A stretch of DNA of 64,000 bases from Escherichia phage JES2013. The stretch is from the sequence record KC690136; one strand, written 5' to 3'. Every line of letters starts with the position of its first letter. Positions within the stretch are counted from its first letter, which is position 1. Below the pieces are notes generated by a model, which was not told the origin of the DNA, made no database searches, and was given only the letters and a program-made list of their open reading frames with translations. A program made the position numbers and the translations under genes. Positions 9,217 through 19,171 of the stretch are shown here, piece after piece.

Positions 9217-9222
9217 GAGAGG

Positions 9223-9489
9223 ATGTTATTTATGGCAACAGAGGTAGTAATCAAAGCTGAACGCCCAGTTAAAAAAGCTATCAACACGTTCCCTGTAGGA
9301 ACAATTGTGAGCATGATCACAGAGTCAGGCCGTATATCTACACTGCTGATTGTGAAATCTGCATGTTCTTCTTGTGTGTGGGCTTACGATCTGGACGAGA
9401 AAGAACTAAAAGATTTTGTTGGGGAGCTGAAAGCAACCGAGCTCGATGCTCGTATCGAAGTATTTGGTGAAACTATGGAGGAGGAGTAA
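9223..9489 (+). CDS. small protein, member of tandem paralog trio
   Basis: 88 aa. Shares a G-hydrophobic...C...V(W/F)xxD pattern with the next two ORFs. Confidence 0.45.
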   Translation: MLFMATEVVIKAERPVKKAINTFPVGTIVSMITESGRISTLLIVKSACSSCVWAYDLDEKELKDFVGELKATELDARIEVFGETMEEE

Positions 9490-9752
9490 TGACCACGAAA
9501 ATCACTATTGCAGAACCGAAAGCTAACACGCAACCTATCGAAAAATTTAAATGTGGTGAGGTGGTAACATTTACACCAGACAATGAAGATGCTAAGATTT
9601 TCGCCATGGTCACAGCTGAGTGGATGTGCGACAATACCACACAGGTTCTGCGTTTTGACACCTATCTTACCGATGAAATCAGGAACGACAAGATCGTGAC
9701 TGGTGTTGATACTGAGATTGTTTTCTACAAGAGCTTTTTAGAGGGTTTCTAA
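9489..9752 (+). CDS. small protein, member of tandem paralog trio
   Basis: 87 aa. KCGEVVTF...MCDNTTQVLRFD pattern. Confidence 0.45.
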   Translation: MTTKITIAEPKANTQPIEKFKCGEVVTFTPDNEDAKIFAMVTAEWMCDNTTQVLRFDTYLTDEIRNDKIVTGVDTEIVFYKSFLEGF

Positions 9753-9753
9753 T

Positions 9754-9987
9754 ATGGCGAAAATTCGTAAATTATCCAACAATCAGGTTGTGAAAGACTT
9801 TGAATCTGGAGAGATTCTATATGTTCGTGATGCAGATGACGAAGGTGAAGATCTTGTTATGTTGGTGGGGCACGCTGAGGACGGATGCATCCAAGCTGTT
9901 TTTCTTGAAACAGCTATGGTGCACTGGATAGAGCTGGACTTGAAAGCACGAAAACCTAAAGCAGAAATCCTGATTTACGAAGATTAA
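9754..9987 (+). CDS. small protein, member of tandem paralog trio
   Basis: 77 aa. ESGEILYV...GCIQAVFLETAMVHWIELD pattern. Confidence 0.45.
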   Translation: MAKIRKLSNNQVVKDFESGEILYVRDADDEGEDLVMLVGHAEDGCIQAVFLETAMVHWIELDLKARKPKAEILIYED

Positions 9988-10003
9988 CAAAAAGGAGATA
10001 GCC

Positions 10004-10453
10004 GTGTTGAGCAAGCGTGAATGCGACAGCATTAGCCTGAATTCTTATAAGAAACAATGGTTTGGGGTAGAAGTTTGCCGACTGCGGCTAGGCTCCTACC
10101 TGAACTTCGTTTATTATGAGAGCGATAGTCGTATCGTTTCTTATGAAGTGTTCTACACTAAGAACACCTTCGAACTGCGCCGTAAAGTGGAGGGTGGGAG
10201 AACTACCCCCCAGAATAATTGGGAAACTATCCTACCTACAGATGTTATAGGAAGTCCCCTGAATGTATCTGAAGATGAAAATCTTATGGTTCATGCTATG
10301 ATGGGACTTGACAGCTTAGAGCTGGCGATCTATGATATGTCCATCGAAGCAGTTAAGCTGGACTACATCGAAAACACTTTAGAGGAAGGTATCAAGAGGT
10401 TTCTCAGTGAGAAATTAAAAGACCACTTTCATAAGGAGCTATACCTGTTATGA
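10004..10453 (+). CDS. hypothetical protein
   Basis: 149-aa ORF in the rightward early operon. Confidence 0.45.
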   Translation: MLSKRECDSISLNSYKKQWFGVEVCRLRLGSYLNFVYYESDSRIVSYEVFYTKNTFELRRKVEGGRTTPQNNWETILPTDVIGSPLNVSEDENLMVHAMMGLDSLELAIYDMSIEAVKLDYIENTLEEGIKRFLSEKLKDHFHKELYLL

Positions 10454-10695
10454 AGACCCGTAAAGAACGTAACAAAATTTTACCTGGAGCTCTAGAACAC
10501 CTGATGAAGTGCAGATCTATCTGGCACTCTGCCAAGGAAGGGCAGAAGGTGGTTGTGGTTAGTGACAATACCAACCCGTTTGGAGATTATACCACCATGA
10601 TGGCCCCATATGTCCGTGATGGAGTTGTGGAAGTGGTCCCTTACAACGGTCTGCATGAACGGCACTTTGAAAGCACTTTGCTAGTGGAGCTATAG
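10450..10695 (+). CDS. hypothetical protein
   Basis: 81 aa; 4-nt overlap with the upstream gene. Confidence 0.4.
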   Translation: MKTRKERNKILPGALEHLMKCRSIWHSAKEGQKVVVVSDNTNPFGDYTTMMAPYVRDGVVEVVPYNGLHERHFESTLLVEL

Positions 10696-10697
10696 TC

Positions 10698-11264
10698 ATG
10701 GCGGTCAATGTGGCTTACAACACAGGAAAGCTTGACAGAGACATTGGGTGTCTTGTCCTTTCAGATACAGAAGAGTATTGGGGTTATGGGTTGCTGTCAG
10801 ACCCACACCCGAGCAACCTTGTATCAACAGTGCTATACCGCTACGACCCTGTGCCAACGGTACACGACAAAGACATTCACGACCTTCGGATCAAGTGTCT
10901 GGAAGATCTGCTGAACAATGGTTGCAACGATCTGCGGGTAGCCAAAGAGAAGCTTACAAACATTCACAAAGAGGAAGTGATGAGCACTCTCAGTAAGAGA
11001 TCAGTGCACAAAAAGATGATGCTGAACTTTGCAATGGGTATCTACATGGACGGGTATAAGGGCGGGGACCCGATTCTCAAGCTTCGCTGCCCAACACTAT
11101 GGGAAAGAGTGGTTGACAGTAAGGACGGTACTGCCCTGCTCGAACTCCACACTGCAGGTTGGATTTGGCGGTACGTAGACGGATACCCTCTGTGGGCATG
11201 TGGACCTGGGGAATTTGTTGACAGACCTAGCGCGGTGGTGGACTTACTATTGCAGTTTGAATAA
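10698..11264 (+). CDS. hypothetical protein
   Basis: 188-aa ORF. Confidence 0.45.
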   Translation: MAVNVAYNTGKLDRDIGCLVLSDTEEYWGYGLLSDPHPSNLVSTVLYRYDPVPTVHDKDIHDLRIKCLEDLLNNGCNDLRVAKEKLTNIHKEEVMSTLSKRSVHKKMMLNFAMGIYMDGYKGGDPILKLRCPTLWERVVDSKDGTALLELHTAGWIWRYVDGYPLWACGPGEFVDRPSAVVDLLLQFE

Positions 11265-11321
11265 AAAGGTGGGTTATAAGGTATTCATACACCTACCAAC
11301 AATACAACAGGAGAGACTGAG

Positions 11322-11597
11322 ATGACGAAAGAAGAGGCCGACGTATTAGATTTTGCACTAGAGGCTACGCAGGAGGCTTTGGTGTTAGCTTGGAAAATGA
11401 ACCAGCGTGCTGCAGAATGCAACCGCCGCATCAATGAGATTCTAGGCATGTCTATGTATGATTTCACTATGCATGCCGGGGAGATTCCTGAATTAACTGC
11501 AGAGATGAATGATCTTGACAATAAAATTAATATCATTCTGAAGACGGCAGAAACAACTCACCAAACCGCCCGTAAATTTATCAACGAGAAGGTGTGA
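11322..11597 (+). CDS. hypothetical protein
   Basis: 91 aa, predicted helical. Confidence 0.4.
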   Translation: MTKEEADVLDFALEATQEALVLAWKMNQRAAECNRRINEILGMSMYDFTMHAGEIPELTAEMNDLDNKINIILKTAETTHQTARKFINEKV

Positions 11598-12064
11598 ATA
11601 TGGACTACAGCTACTGCGGGGAAGAAGTTCCTTTTAACTACAGCAATCTTACCACAAGCAATCCGTATGAGACTCGCCACGGCACGCACATCATTGCCAT
11701 TGACTTTGATGGAACGTTTAATGCGAGCCCTTTCATCTTCTCCCGCCTGATCAGGGATCTGAAGAAGGAGGGGTGGACAGTCTACCTTGTGACTTTCCGA
11801 TTCATCACTCAAGACAACGTAGACATTGAGTATTGGCGCAAGGAGTTGGACGTAGGTGTGTTCTACACAGGCGGTGTGCAGAAGGCAGCCTACTTGGCGC
11901 AGTTTGATATCTACCCAGATATCTGGATTGATGATTCTCCGGCATGTATTCCGGCTAAGAATCAGTTAGAGTTTGCAATGAAGGAGATCGAGTATAAGTC
12001 TGCGGCTAAGCGGAACGGATGGCCCTTTATTATTGAAGATTACCCAGATCCTGAACCGGAGTAA
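11594..12064 (+). CDS. HAD-superfamily phosphatase-like protein (possible nucleotidase)
   Basis: 156 aa. Motif I IAIDFDGTF (DxDGT) and a later WIDDSP acidic motif. Confidence 0.55.
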   Translation: MNMDYSYCGEEVPFNYSNLTTSNPYETRHGTHIIAIDFDGTFNASPFIFSRLIRDLKKEGWTVYLVTFRFITQDNVDIEYWRKELDVGVFYTGGVQKAAYLAQFDIYPDIWIDDSPACIPAKNQLEFAMKEIEYKSAAKRNGWPFIIEDYPDPEPE

Positions 12065-12069
12065 GAGCC

Positions 12070-12240
12070 ATGAGGCGAAGATATCATTACCTGATGTGGA
12101 AGTTATATCAAAATGCTGCCAAAGCCTATCATATCATGTTTGGCAATGACGATCACCACATCATGTTACATCTCACCGCTATTGAGCATCACAATGAGTG
12201 GATTCATGCAATCGTGGCAGGTGATAAAGACTTTAAGTAA
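12070..12240 (+). CDS. small His-rich hypothetical protein (not in the ORF track, 56 aa)
   Basis: ATG at 12070 lies 8 nt after GGAG. Translation MRRRYHYLMWKLYQNAAKAYHIMFGNDDHHIMLHLTAIEHHNEWIHAIVAGDKDFK, stop at 12238-12240. Confidence 0.35.
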   Translation: MRRRYHYLMWKLYQNAAKAYHIMFGNDDHHIMLHLTAIEHHNEWIHAIVAGDKDFK

Positions 12241-12292
12241 AATATACCTCAAAAACGTATAGTGCGGCTTTCTCTAGACGGAGACTGATTAA

Positions 12293-12673
12293 ATGTGCAA
12301 GTGTAAATCTTATAATTGGAAAGTTAAAGGTGCCAAGCGCCCAAATGTTGTCGTTGATGTGCCTAAAAATCTTCGTGACGGCAAAAAACGTGTGTGCCTT
12401 GATAAGTGTATGGCTAAGCCTATCATGAGTTTGTGGGCAGCAGGTTTGAAAACGCTAAACTGCTGCTGTGGTCATAACAAAGATGTTCCAAGCATCATTA
12501 TCCCAGAAGATGCAGATCCTAAAGCTTATGCCAAAATACTGACCCGCTATCCCAGCACCTTCCTGATCGGAAAATGGTGTCACGATGAACTTCAATGGTG
12601 GATAGCCTATGGTAGTATAGGCACTACTTTTGGCTTCCCAGCTTTGTCAGAGCGCTATGTCAAAGTGTCATAA
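12293..12673 (+). CDS. Cys-rich hypothetical protein (possible zinc-binding)
   Basis: 126 aa with CKCK, VCLDKC and NCCCGHNK clusters. Confidence 0.45.
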   Translation: MCKCKSYNWKVKGAKRPNVVVDVPKNLRDGKKRVCLDKCMAKPIMSLWAAGLKTLNCCCGHNKDVPSIIIPEDADPKAYAKILTRYPSTFLIGKWCHDELQWWIAYGSIGTTFGFPALSERYVKVS

Positions 12674-12777
12674 TAGAATTTAAGGCCTCAAACGAGGCCT
12701 GTGCCTTCATAAATTGCCCCACCCTGTGCGATTACCTTCCTGAATAAAATACCCTCTCAGATCTCTTAAAATTAAGC

Positions 12778-12804
12778 TTGACACCAACAATAGATTTGTA
12801 TAGG
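12778..12804 (+). promoter_or_regulatory. candidate sigma70-like promoter (TTGACA - 15 nt - TATAGG)
   Basis: TTGACAccaacaatagatttgTATAGG upstream of ORF 12837; the spacer is short. Confidence 0.35.
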
Positions 12805-12836
12805 ATTATCTCACCAACCAAACAGAGGAGACTGCC

Positions 12837-13244
12837 ATGGAGAATCTTGCAAGTGTGAATGTCGAAATTGTTAAACTAAAGTTCTTGGGCTTTCGAGACC
12901 CTTATTCTTTAACAGCTATACTAATGGATACCCACTTCACACCAGGTAAAGAGTACACAGCCTTCCGTTATATTTGTGGAGATCACGAATCAGCTTATAG
13001 TGTGAATACAAACCTCGGCGAGGGATATTTCATCAGAGATATCACAGATCACTTATGGGGAATGTGGGAGTTGGTGGAAGAAGAGAATAAATCCCTTCCT
13101 AAAGAGATTTGGGTGCACACCTTCCACACAGGTAAGTTTGGAGGTACGGAACATAAGTCTATCCACTATGATGAAGAAAGTGCCATCAAACAACAAGCTG
13201 TGCTTGGTGGATCTGTAGAAAAATTTGTTAAATGCGAGGACTGA
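12837..13244 (+). CDS. hypothetical protein
   Basis: 135 aa; GAGGAG precedes the ATG. Confidence 0.5.
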   Translation: MENLASVNVEIVKLKFLGFRDPYSLTAILMDTHFTPGKEYTAFRYICGDHESAYSVNTNLGEGYFIRDITDHLWGMWELVEEENKSLPKEIWVHTFHTGKFGGTEHKSIHYDEESAIKQQAVLGGSVEKFVKCED

Positions 13245-13247
13245 GAA

Positions 13248-13448
13248 ATGGCTGATTTTTGTAAAGATTGCTCTGAAGAGTTGTTTGGCTTTGACTGCAA
13301 AGATTTGGAAGGTCTGATCACTGAGGATCAGTGGAAGGAAGGCTATGCAGCACCTGTTATTTGTGAAGGTTGTGGCTATACCTATGTTGACCATAAAGGT
13401 AAGCGCGTCAAGCCGTCTGAAGATGGTGCATGTTGGGAGTATTACTAA
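13248..13448 (+). CDS. small zinc-ribbon-like protein
   Basis: 66 aa with CKDC and CEGCGY pairs. Confidence 0.4.
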   Translation: MADFCKDCSEELFGFDCKDLEGLITEDQWKEGYAAPVICEGCGYTYVDHKGKRVKPSEDGACWEYY

Positions 13449-13452
13449 CTAT

Positions 13453-13486
13453 AAAAAGAAAGGGGCCGTTTGGCCCCTTTTTATTT
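13453..13486. terminator. bidirectional rho-independent terminator between convergent early and late modules
   Basis: GGGGCC-GTTT-GGCCCC hairpin flanked by AAAAAGAAA upstream and TTTTTATTT downstream. Confidence 0.65.
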
Positions 13487-13497
13487 ACCCCCTCTTG

Positions 13498-16400
13498 TTA
13501 ACGAGAAAAGGTTGCGTAGGCTTCTAGACGATACTGCTGGTCACCAGGGAACATAACACCTATAGAGGCTGTCCCTAGAATCCTGCCTTCCTTTCCAGAC
13601 TCCATTCTGAACCCTACCCATCCTGAACTCCTTGCAGCCTCGATGTTGTCGCTATACCCGAAAGTGGCAAGATCGTCAACACCAGCCCCAAACAGCAACT
13701 GAAGCTGACTTCTCGGAAGCCCTATAATTTCAGGAATATACGCACCAAAGTACACCATCTGCCCTACCTTAGGACCGCTGCCGTACTCCATCGGTTTGCT
13801 TGTAGAGAAAGTCTTCATACCAGAAGTACCTGCCGGATTAGGGTATGCCCCGTTTGTTGCTGTACCTATCCACATTCTCCACTGTGGTGCCATCTGTTTG
13901 ACAGTAAAAGATGTTGAAGACGTTTTGCGCCCTGCATCATCAGTAACTACAAACTTTATGGTGACATTCCCAGTAGCTTTAAATGTTACCAGTCCTGTGG
14001 TGGCATCCACTGTTGCAATGTTGGTATTACTACTTTCCCAAGTCTTTCTAATCCCGGCTACGTTGGAAGGGGTAATAGAAGGTTCCTGCATCTGCAGTTT
14101 ACCACCAACAATCCCTATGCCGTTGCCCGGATTATACAGCACACCAACCTCGTCTATAATGTTCCCTGCTTTGAGACTATACTTCCTTGAGAAGTTGTAA
14201 GTTCCGTTATAAGTGTGTGTCCCTGAGAAGGTGACATCTGCTTTTCCGTAAGAGATGCAAACCAAAGCATACTTCCTGTCAGGCAACGTTGCTCCCGTCT
14301 CTGGGTGAGTTTTACCAACCTGGAACACGCTGGGGTCAGTAGAATCGTGGCTATCGCTGACAGAGCTTGGACCACCCATCAATTGAGGTAAGCAATTCCT
14401 TACCCACGTCCAGTTATTATCGCTAGAGAAGTCAACAGCCAGATCAAATACAACCCACTCATTTGGCTTCCATACTGGTGTTGCAATAGATTTACCTACG
14501 CCACCTCCTTGGAGTGTTGCCGACTGTTCAGTGATCAGGGCCGCATAGGCCAGAGTTCCTAAACTCAAAGTCTGGCTTGCTGTCCTCACTACCTTAGAAT
14601 CAGCATCTGTGAAGTTGTTGATGATCTGGAATGTGCCATAAGTGTTTTTACAGGTAATTCTGGCGTTCAGCGTGTCAATCTTCCTCACATCTGCCATGGC
14701 AGTGTTAGACACAGAGAAGTCAGAAGCTTTAGCTGAGTTTGCCGCAACAGCAGGATCAACGTTAAGAGTTGCGTTGAACTGACAGGCAGGGGTAACCAGC
14801 AGCTTGTTATCACCTATTTGCTTCCATGAAATACTTTGGACAGGTAGATTCCATTTAATACCTGAGAAAACTTTAGCAACCCTTGGCCCCAAAGCTCCAG
14901 TCCTGTTGTCTTTACAGCACATAGACATGGTGATCGTTGACGGAGTTGCCTGACCAAATAATTGCTGTGCTTTTGCAGAGGACATAGTGTAGAAATTGTC
15001 CTTAACAAACTCATCAGCGGCTAAAGATCCATCAGCCCTCCACCACTGAACCTGATACCCTGTTTTGTCCCAACCACCGACCTGCTTCAAGTCCTCCCAG
15101 GAGATTTCTAGATCCCCAGTGGTGGGGTTGATTGCAGCAGTTCCCGGTGTTCCGGGTGACCACAATGGAATATCGAACCACGCTGGTTTAACCGACTGCA
15201 CTGCGCTGGGGCCTATTGCGGCAGCAAGTTGCTGGCCCATCAATACGCGAGCATCTTTCACCAGACCCCACTCGATCATAGACCCAGAGTAACCTTCTTT
15301 CTTGTAGGCTGAGGATCCGTTCAAATGGATGAGTCGGCTTGTGCCAAAGTTATGTGCTCCACCACCGTTGTCGTCTGCAAAATTGGTTATGATTCTATCC
15401 CTGATATTTTTCCATGCCCTGCCCCCAATCTCGTAGTCATGGTCATAACATCTTTGCAGTGTTGTCCAGCAAATGATCGCCATCCTTCTACCATCGCTGA
15501 AGCCAAAGGCCTGATCGTTAAGCTCTCTCCACAAGTAGCAGTTGGTGGTCCACATGGCCCTATGAATGTTAAACCAGTTTATAGATTTGGCTGAGTTGTT
15601 CCACTGAGTCCCAGGTAATTCAGGCCATACTGCATTAACCAGCATGTCTTCTGTTCCTGCATCAACCAAGAACCCTCTCACCTTCTTACCCATGCCTACC
15701 CTATCTTTTGCAATCCAACTGCCAAACAATCTCAGTTTTGGACCGTAGACAACATCTTCCGGATGCTCAAAAGAAATATATTTTAGGTATATTGTAGGGT
15801 CACCATAGGTGCCATCACAAACAGCTTTGTGCATGTTCTCGCCAAGGTCTAGACGAAGTCCTGTTACAACTTTAGACGTGTCGGTGAATTTGTCTGTTAA
15901 ATCAAACTCATACCACCACCAACCTGCACCCAACAATACTTTCTTACAACGCTGTGCATCTGTATCAGATATTCTCTTATCACCTGCAAAAGGTGAGTCA
16001 GCAAACTGATAGTGCAGAGCAATCTCAAAAGGATGTGTGGATGTCCCGTTTTCTGCAAGAACTTGTTTACCTATTAAGTCGCACTTAATGATCATCACAA
16101 CACGTTTGTACCCGTTTGTTACCGGAATTTGCATAGACATGGATGTCCCGTCCATGTTTGATCTCAGTGCAGTCATGATGATATAAGGGTCAACGGCATT
16201 GCCCAGAGTCTCAGGACCGGGGATTATCTTATACTTCTTGACCTGCCCCATGATGTAGTCACTGGCGTAAGTTGCCTCATTCAAGCAAGATCCTCCACCA
16301 GGTAACTCACCAGGTCCCCAGAAAAATGCGCCGTAACAGTTGTAGAACCACTTGTTAGGATCGTATTTATTCTTGAAGGTCTGAACCTCGTTGGCCTGTT

Positions 16401-19026
16401 TTGTCAAGAAAACCTGCGTGTCTGTGAAGATTGCAGGGTTTACTTTCGCCTGTCTTGGAGGGTAACCTGTAGTTTGGTTAAACCACAAATTACAAGAGTA
16501 ATCCCTCATATAGTCATAATCAGAGTATTTGTTTACATCTTCGTTCCAACACATGTTTAGGTTGGTACCGCCCATGCATACAATATATTCTGCGACATAC
16601 TTATCACTTCTGGTAGGAATACCTATGAACCATCTGTTAACAGGCTCATCCCAAGCTGTGCGCTCATCTTTAACGCAGATAGCAATCCAGTCATGTGTTC
16701 CTGTTTTCTTGCACACATCTCGCTTCATACCATAGTAGAACTCTTTAGTATTCGGCTCAGGTGCATTTATCAGGTAACTCCATGCCTGATTTGCATAAGT
16801 TCCATTGGTGCGTGGATCATGATCAAAGGCATACATGATGATCCTTTCCCCACCAAGATGTTCGCCAAGAGTAACTTTGACATTCACATCGCCGTAACCA
16901 TTGCGAACAACATCCATATTATCAATAGAGATACCTCTGGGCGTGTAGGCAATTTTCAGCGAGTTATCTTCACTAGTGCCGCCAAGTGTAATCCCTATGT
17001 TGTTTGTTGTCCCGTCGACATATCTTACTGTAGCTTCCCAGCGTATTCCGAAATATCCTGCATCATGGCTGACAATTTTCAGTGTACGAGCTCCCGGGTG
17101 AGGTTTTCCAGGATCAGGCCAAGGGTCTGGGTGTTCGTGAACAGTCAACGACGTTCCGTTCTGCTCATTAACCTGCAACATTTTACCACCCTTGCCATTA
17201 GGATTGAACTCCCACAAGGCTTGTGTTTTCACAATATTGTCATACGTGGCGCGTCTTTGATCGTAGATCTCTTGGGTCACATCATAAGTGACTGATCCAG
17301 CATCCATTCTGTGGAGTCTGACCATATACGATGTATCCCCTTCTACTGCAGGCTGGGTCCCATTCAGCCCAAAGTATACAGTATCGTTAACATGGAACTG
17401 CTTGTTTCTACCAACGGTATGCCACTTGCCGTTGGACGGATACGCAGGAACTATAGTGTTCCAGTTCAAAGTCCTTGTCGTATAGGTTCTTCCAGTGCCA
17501 TGCTTGTCATGGTAGGTGATCTTGATAGAATACAAACCACGTCTGTTGATGTTACGGTTATACTGGGTGACCACAACTTCGTTAGCACCACCATGGTTCC
17601 AGTTAGTGGAGAACTGATAGTTTGCATCTGTAACAACAGTGCCTGCAGCATTTACCAACTCAATCTTGTCAATAATGAACGTAGCACCCTCCGGCTGAGG
17701 TTTCAATTTCATCTTGACAGTATCTCCGATGTAAATGTTGCTAACATTGCTCACACCATTGACATCAAAGATGTCTTCGATACCCCAGCTATCTACCGGG
17801 ACATTTTTATACCAATTCTCCGGAATCTCTGTGAACCCTTGGCTGTTAAGTCTGCCGCCAAAGAGGTTATTAGATCCTGAAAAACTACCACGTGGTATTC
17901 CTGACCACCAAAGCTTTCCATTTACCACACAGAATGTGCCTAAGAAACCTTCCCTGTGGATCCCTTGAAAATAAACGCTTTCTGTCCAGCTTACTGGCTC
18001 TGTCTGTTCAACAAACTTAGCTGTTGCCAGCGCTCTGTAATGAATAAAATTGGCCCTAGGACTATTATTAGCAGATTGAGCACCAATATCGTTACACAGG
18101 TTTCTGGAGAAACCACGGTACTGTTTTGTACCATTATTGAAGAAAATTCCACTAGTCCCGTACCCGCGAGCCATAATTACTTCATGGGTATAGGTGATGT
18201 TAAGGCTTCTCCACGTGTCGTCACCCCAAACATCCTGACCATAAAACACATTAACAAGCTGTTGGTCATCAGGTTTGTGCATCCTTTCTGTGGCTATAAT
18301 TGCACCATTAGGTCCACACATGAACCCTTTCCATGTCTCGCCCACCGGGATGCCTTTAAACTGGTCAAGAGTCACATGCTCGGCTGGATAAACTAGTGTG
18401 TTTTTGCTGTTATTTCTTAAGAAATCGTAACCTGCAATCCAGAATCCGTTAGGACCACCAAAAATAACCGAGTTGTCATGAACTTCACAATTAATTCTTG
18501 GATTTTTCCAAGGACCTGTCTCTGGACTTTCAGATGTTTCACCGATCTTAACTGGAGTAGCGTGTTGACTTTTGTCAACATGAAGAGAGCCGTAAGTATT
18601 ATTGCCAGAGCCGTACAGGTGAAGCATACCATCAGCCTCTGGTGCAGCAATTACCCACACTGTATTGTTTACGCCACCCATTACTTCAACAAGTCTCTCA
18701 GGATGGGTGTCCAAATGCAACCCTGTTACGATCTGTTCCGGCAAAGGTGTCCACTCTCTGACACAAACATCGTTTCCACCTGCTGCCTCCGATCCGATAA
18801 GACCAGCTGTGCAACCAATATAGAAAAATTTATTATCGAATGTGCGGATTACAAATGCACGGTCAGCTCTCCAAACATGGTCTACGTTCCAAGCTGCCTC
18901 ATTAGGATAGTTTATTGTATCAAGATCTCCAGTCCGACACTCTCCGAACCTATTATAGCCAGTAATATTAAGCTGACCATCATCAAAAAGTATATACATA
19001 GGATACTGTGTTGCTTGTACCATCAC
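13498..19026 (-). CDS. giant tail-fiber / host-range structural protein with C-terminal Ig-like (Big_2-type) domain
   Basis: 1842 aa. Segment IRKTWESSNTNIATVDATTGLVTFKATGNVTIKFVVTDDAG near the C-terminus looks like a bacterial Ig-like domain. Last gene of the late tail module. Confidence 0.5.
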   Translation of the reverse strand: MMVQATQYPMYILFDDGQLNITGYNRFGECRTGDLDTINYPNEAAWNVDHVWRADRAFVIRTFDNKFFYIGCTAGLIGSEAAGGNDVCVREWTPLPEQIVTGLHLDTHPERLVEVMGGVNNTVWVIAAPEADGMLHLYGSGNNTYGSLHVDKSQHATPVKIGETSESPETGPWKNPRINCEVHDNSVIFGGPNGFWIAGYDFLRNNSKNTLVYPAEHVTLDQFKGIPVGETWKGFMCGPNGAIIATERMHKPDDQQLVNVFYGQDVWGDDTWRSLNITYTHEVIMARGYGTSGIFFNNGTKQYRGFSRNLCNDIGAQSANNSPRANFIHYRALATAKFVEQTEPVSWTESVYFQGIHREGFLGTFCVVNGKLWWSGIPRGSFSGSNNLFGGRLNSQGFTEIPENWYKNVPVDSWGIEDIFDVNGVSNVSNIYIGDTVKMKLKPQPEGATFIIDKIELVNAAGTVVTDANYQFSTNWNHGGANEVVVTQYNRNINRRGLYSIKITYHDKHGTGRTYTTRTLNWNTIVPAYPSNGKWHTVGRNKQFHVNDTVYFGLNGTQPAVEGDTSYMVRLHRMDAGSVTYDVTQEIYDQRRATYDNIVKTQALWEFNPNGKGGKMLQVNEQNGTSLTVHEHPDPWPDPGKPHPGARTLKIVSHDAGYFGIRWEATVRYVDGTTNNIGITLGGTSEDNSLKIAYTPRGISIDNMDVVRNGYGDVNVKVTLGEHLGGERIIMYAFDHDPRTNGTYANQAWSYLINAPEPNTKEFYYGMKRDVCKKTGTHDWIAICVKDERTAWDEPVNRWFIGIPTRSDKYVAEYIVCMGGTNLNMCWNEDVNKYSDYDYMRDYSCNLWFNQTTGYPPRQAKVNPAIFTDTQVFLTKQANEVQTFKNKYDPNKWFYNCYGAFFWGPGELPGGGSCLNEATYASDYIMGQVKKYKIIPGPETLGNAVDPYIIMTALRSNMDGTSMSMQIPVTNGYKRVVMIIKCDLIGKQVLAENGTSTHPFEIALHYQFADSPFAGDKRISDTDAQRCKKVLLGAGWWWYEFDLTDKFTDTSKVVTGLRLDLGENMHKAVCDGTYGDPTIYLKYISFEHPEDVVYGPKLRLFGSWIAKDRVGMGKKVRGFLVDAGTEDMLVNAVWPELPGTQWNNSAKSINWFNIHRAMWTTNCYLWRELNDQAFGFSDGRRMAIICWTTLQRCYDHDYEIGGRAWKNIRDRIITNFADDNGGGAHNFGTSRLIHLNGSSAYKKEGYSGSMIEWGLVKDARVLMGQQLAAAIGPSAVQSVKPAWFDIPLWSPGTPGTAAINPTTGDLEISWEDLKQVGGWDKTGYQVQWWRADGSLAADEFVKDNFYTMSSAKAQQLFGQATPSTITMSMCCKDNRTGALGPRVAKVFSGIKWNLPVQSISWKQIGDNKLLVTPACQFNATLNVDPAVAANSAKASDFSVSNTAMADVRKIDTLNARITCKNTYGTFQIINNFTDADSKVVRTASQTLSLGTLAYAALITEQSATLQGGGVGKSIATPVWKPNEWVVFDLAVDFSSDNNWTWVRNCLPQLMGGPSSVSDSHDSTDPSVFQVGKTHPETGATLPDRKYALVCISYGKADVTFSGTHTYNGTYNFSRKYSLKAGNIIDEVGVLYNPGNGIGIVGGKLQMQEPSITPSNVAGIRKTWESSNTNIATVDATTGLVTFKATGNVTIKFVVTDDAGRKTSSTSFTVKQMAPQWRMWIGTATNGAYPNPAGTSGMKTFSTSKPMEYGSGPKVGQMVYFGAYIPEIIGLPRSQLQLLFGAGVDDLATFGYSDNIEAARSSGWVGFRMESGKEGRILGTASIGVMFPGDQQYRLEAYATFSR

Positions 19027-19130
19027 TGTTGTCTATTGGGTATGACAGAACAGCAAGTTCCTTAATTCCACCCCTCTTATCGAGGAAATGACGACCAAGT
19101 TTTAGCAAAGGGATTGGAAGCATTGTGTTC

Positions 19131-19164
19131 TCCAGATAAGAAAACCGCCCCGTCAGGAGCGGTT
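19131..19164 (-). terminator. candidate rho-independent terminator
   Basis: AACCGC...GCGGTT stem followed on the minus strand by TTTTCTTATCT. Confidence 0.4.
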
Positions 19165-19171
19165 AGATATA

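Noticed and set aside
16693-17295. 200-aa plus-strand ORF, and similar plus ORFs at 17311..17880, 18478..19065, 30555..31172, 32921..33679 and 36861..37220
   Set aside because: All lie inside long minus-strand structural genes, lack ribosome-binding sites and have antisense-like composition.
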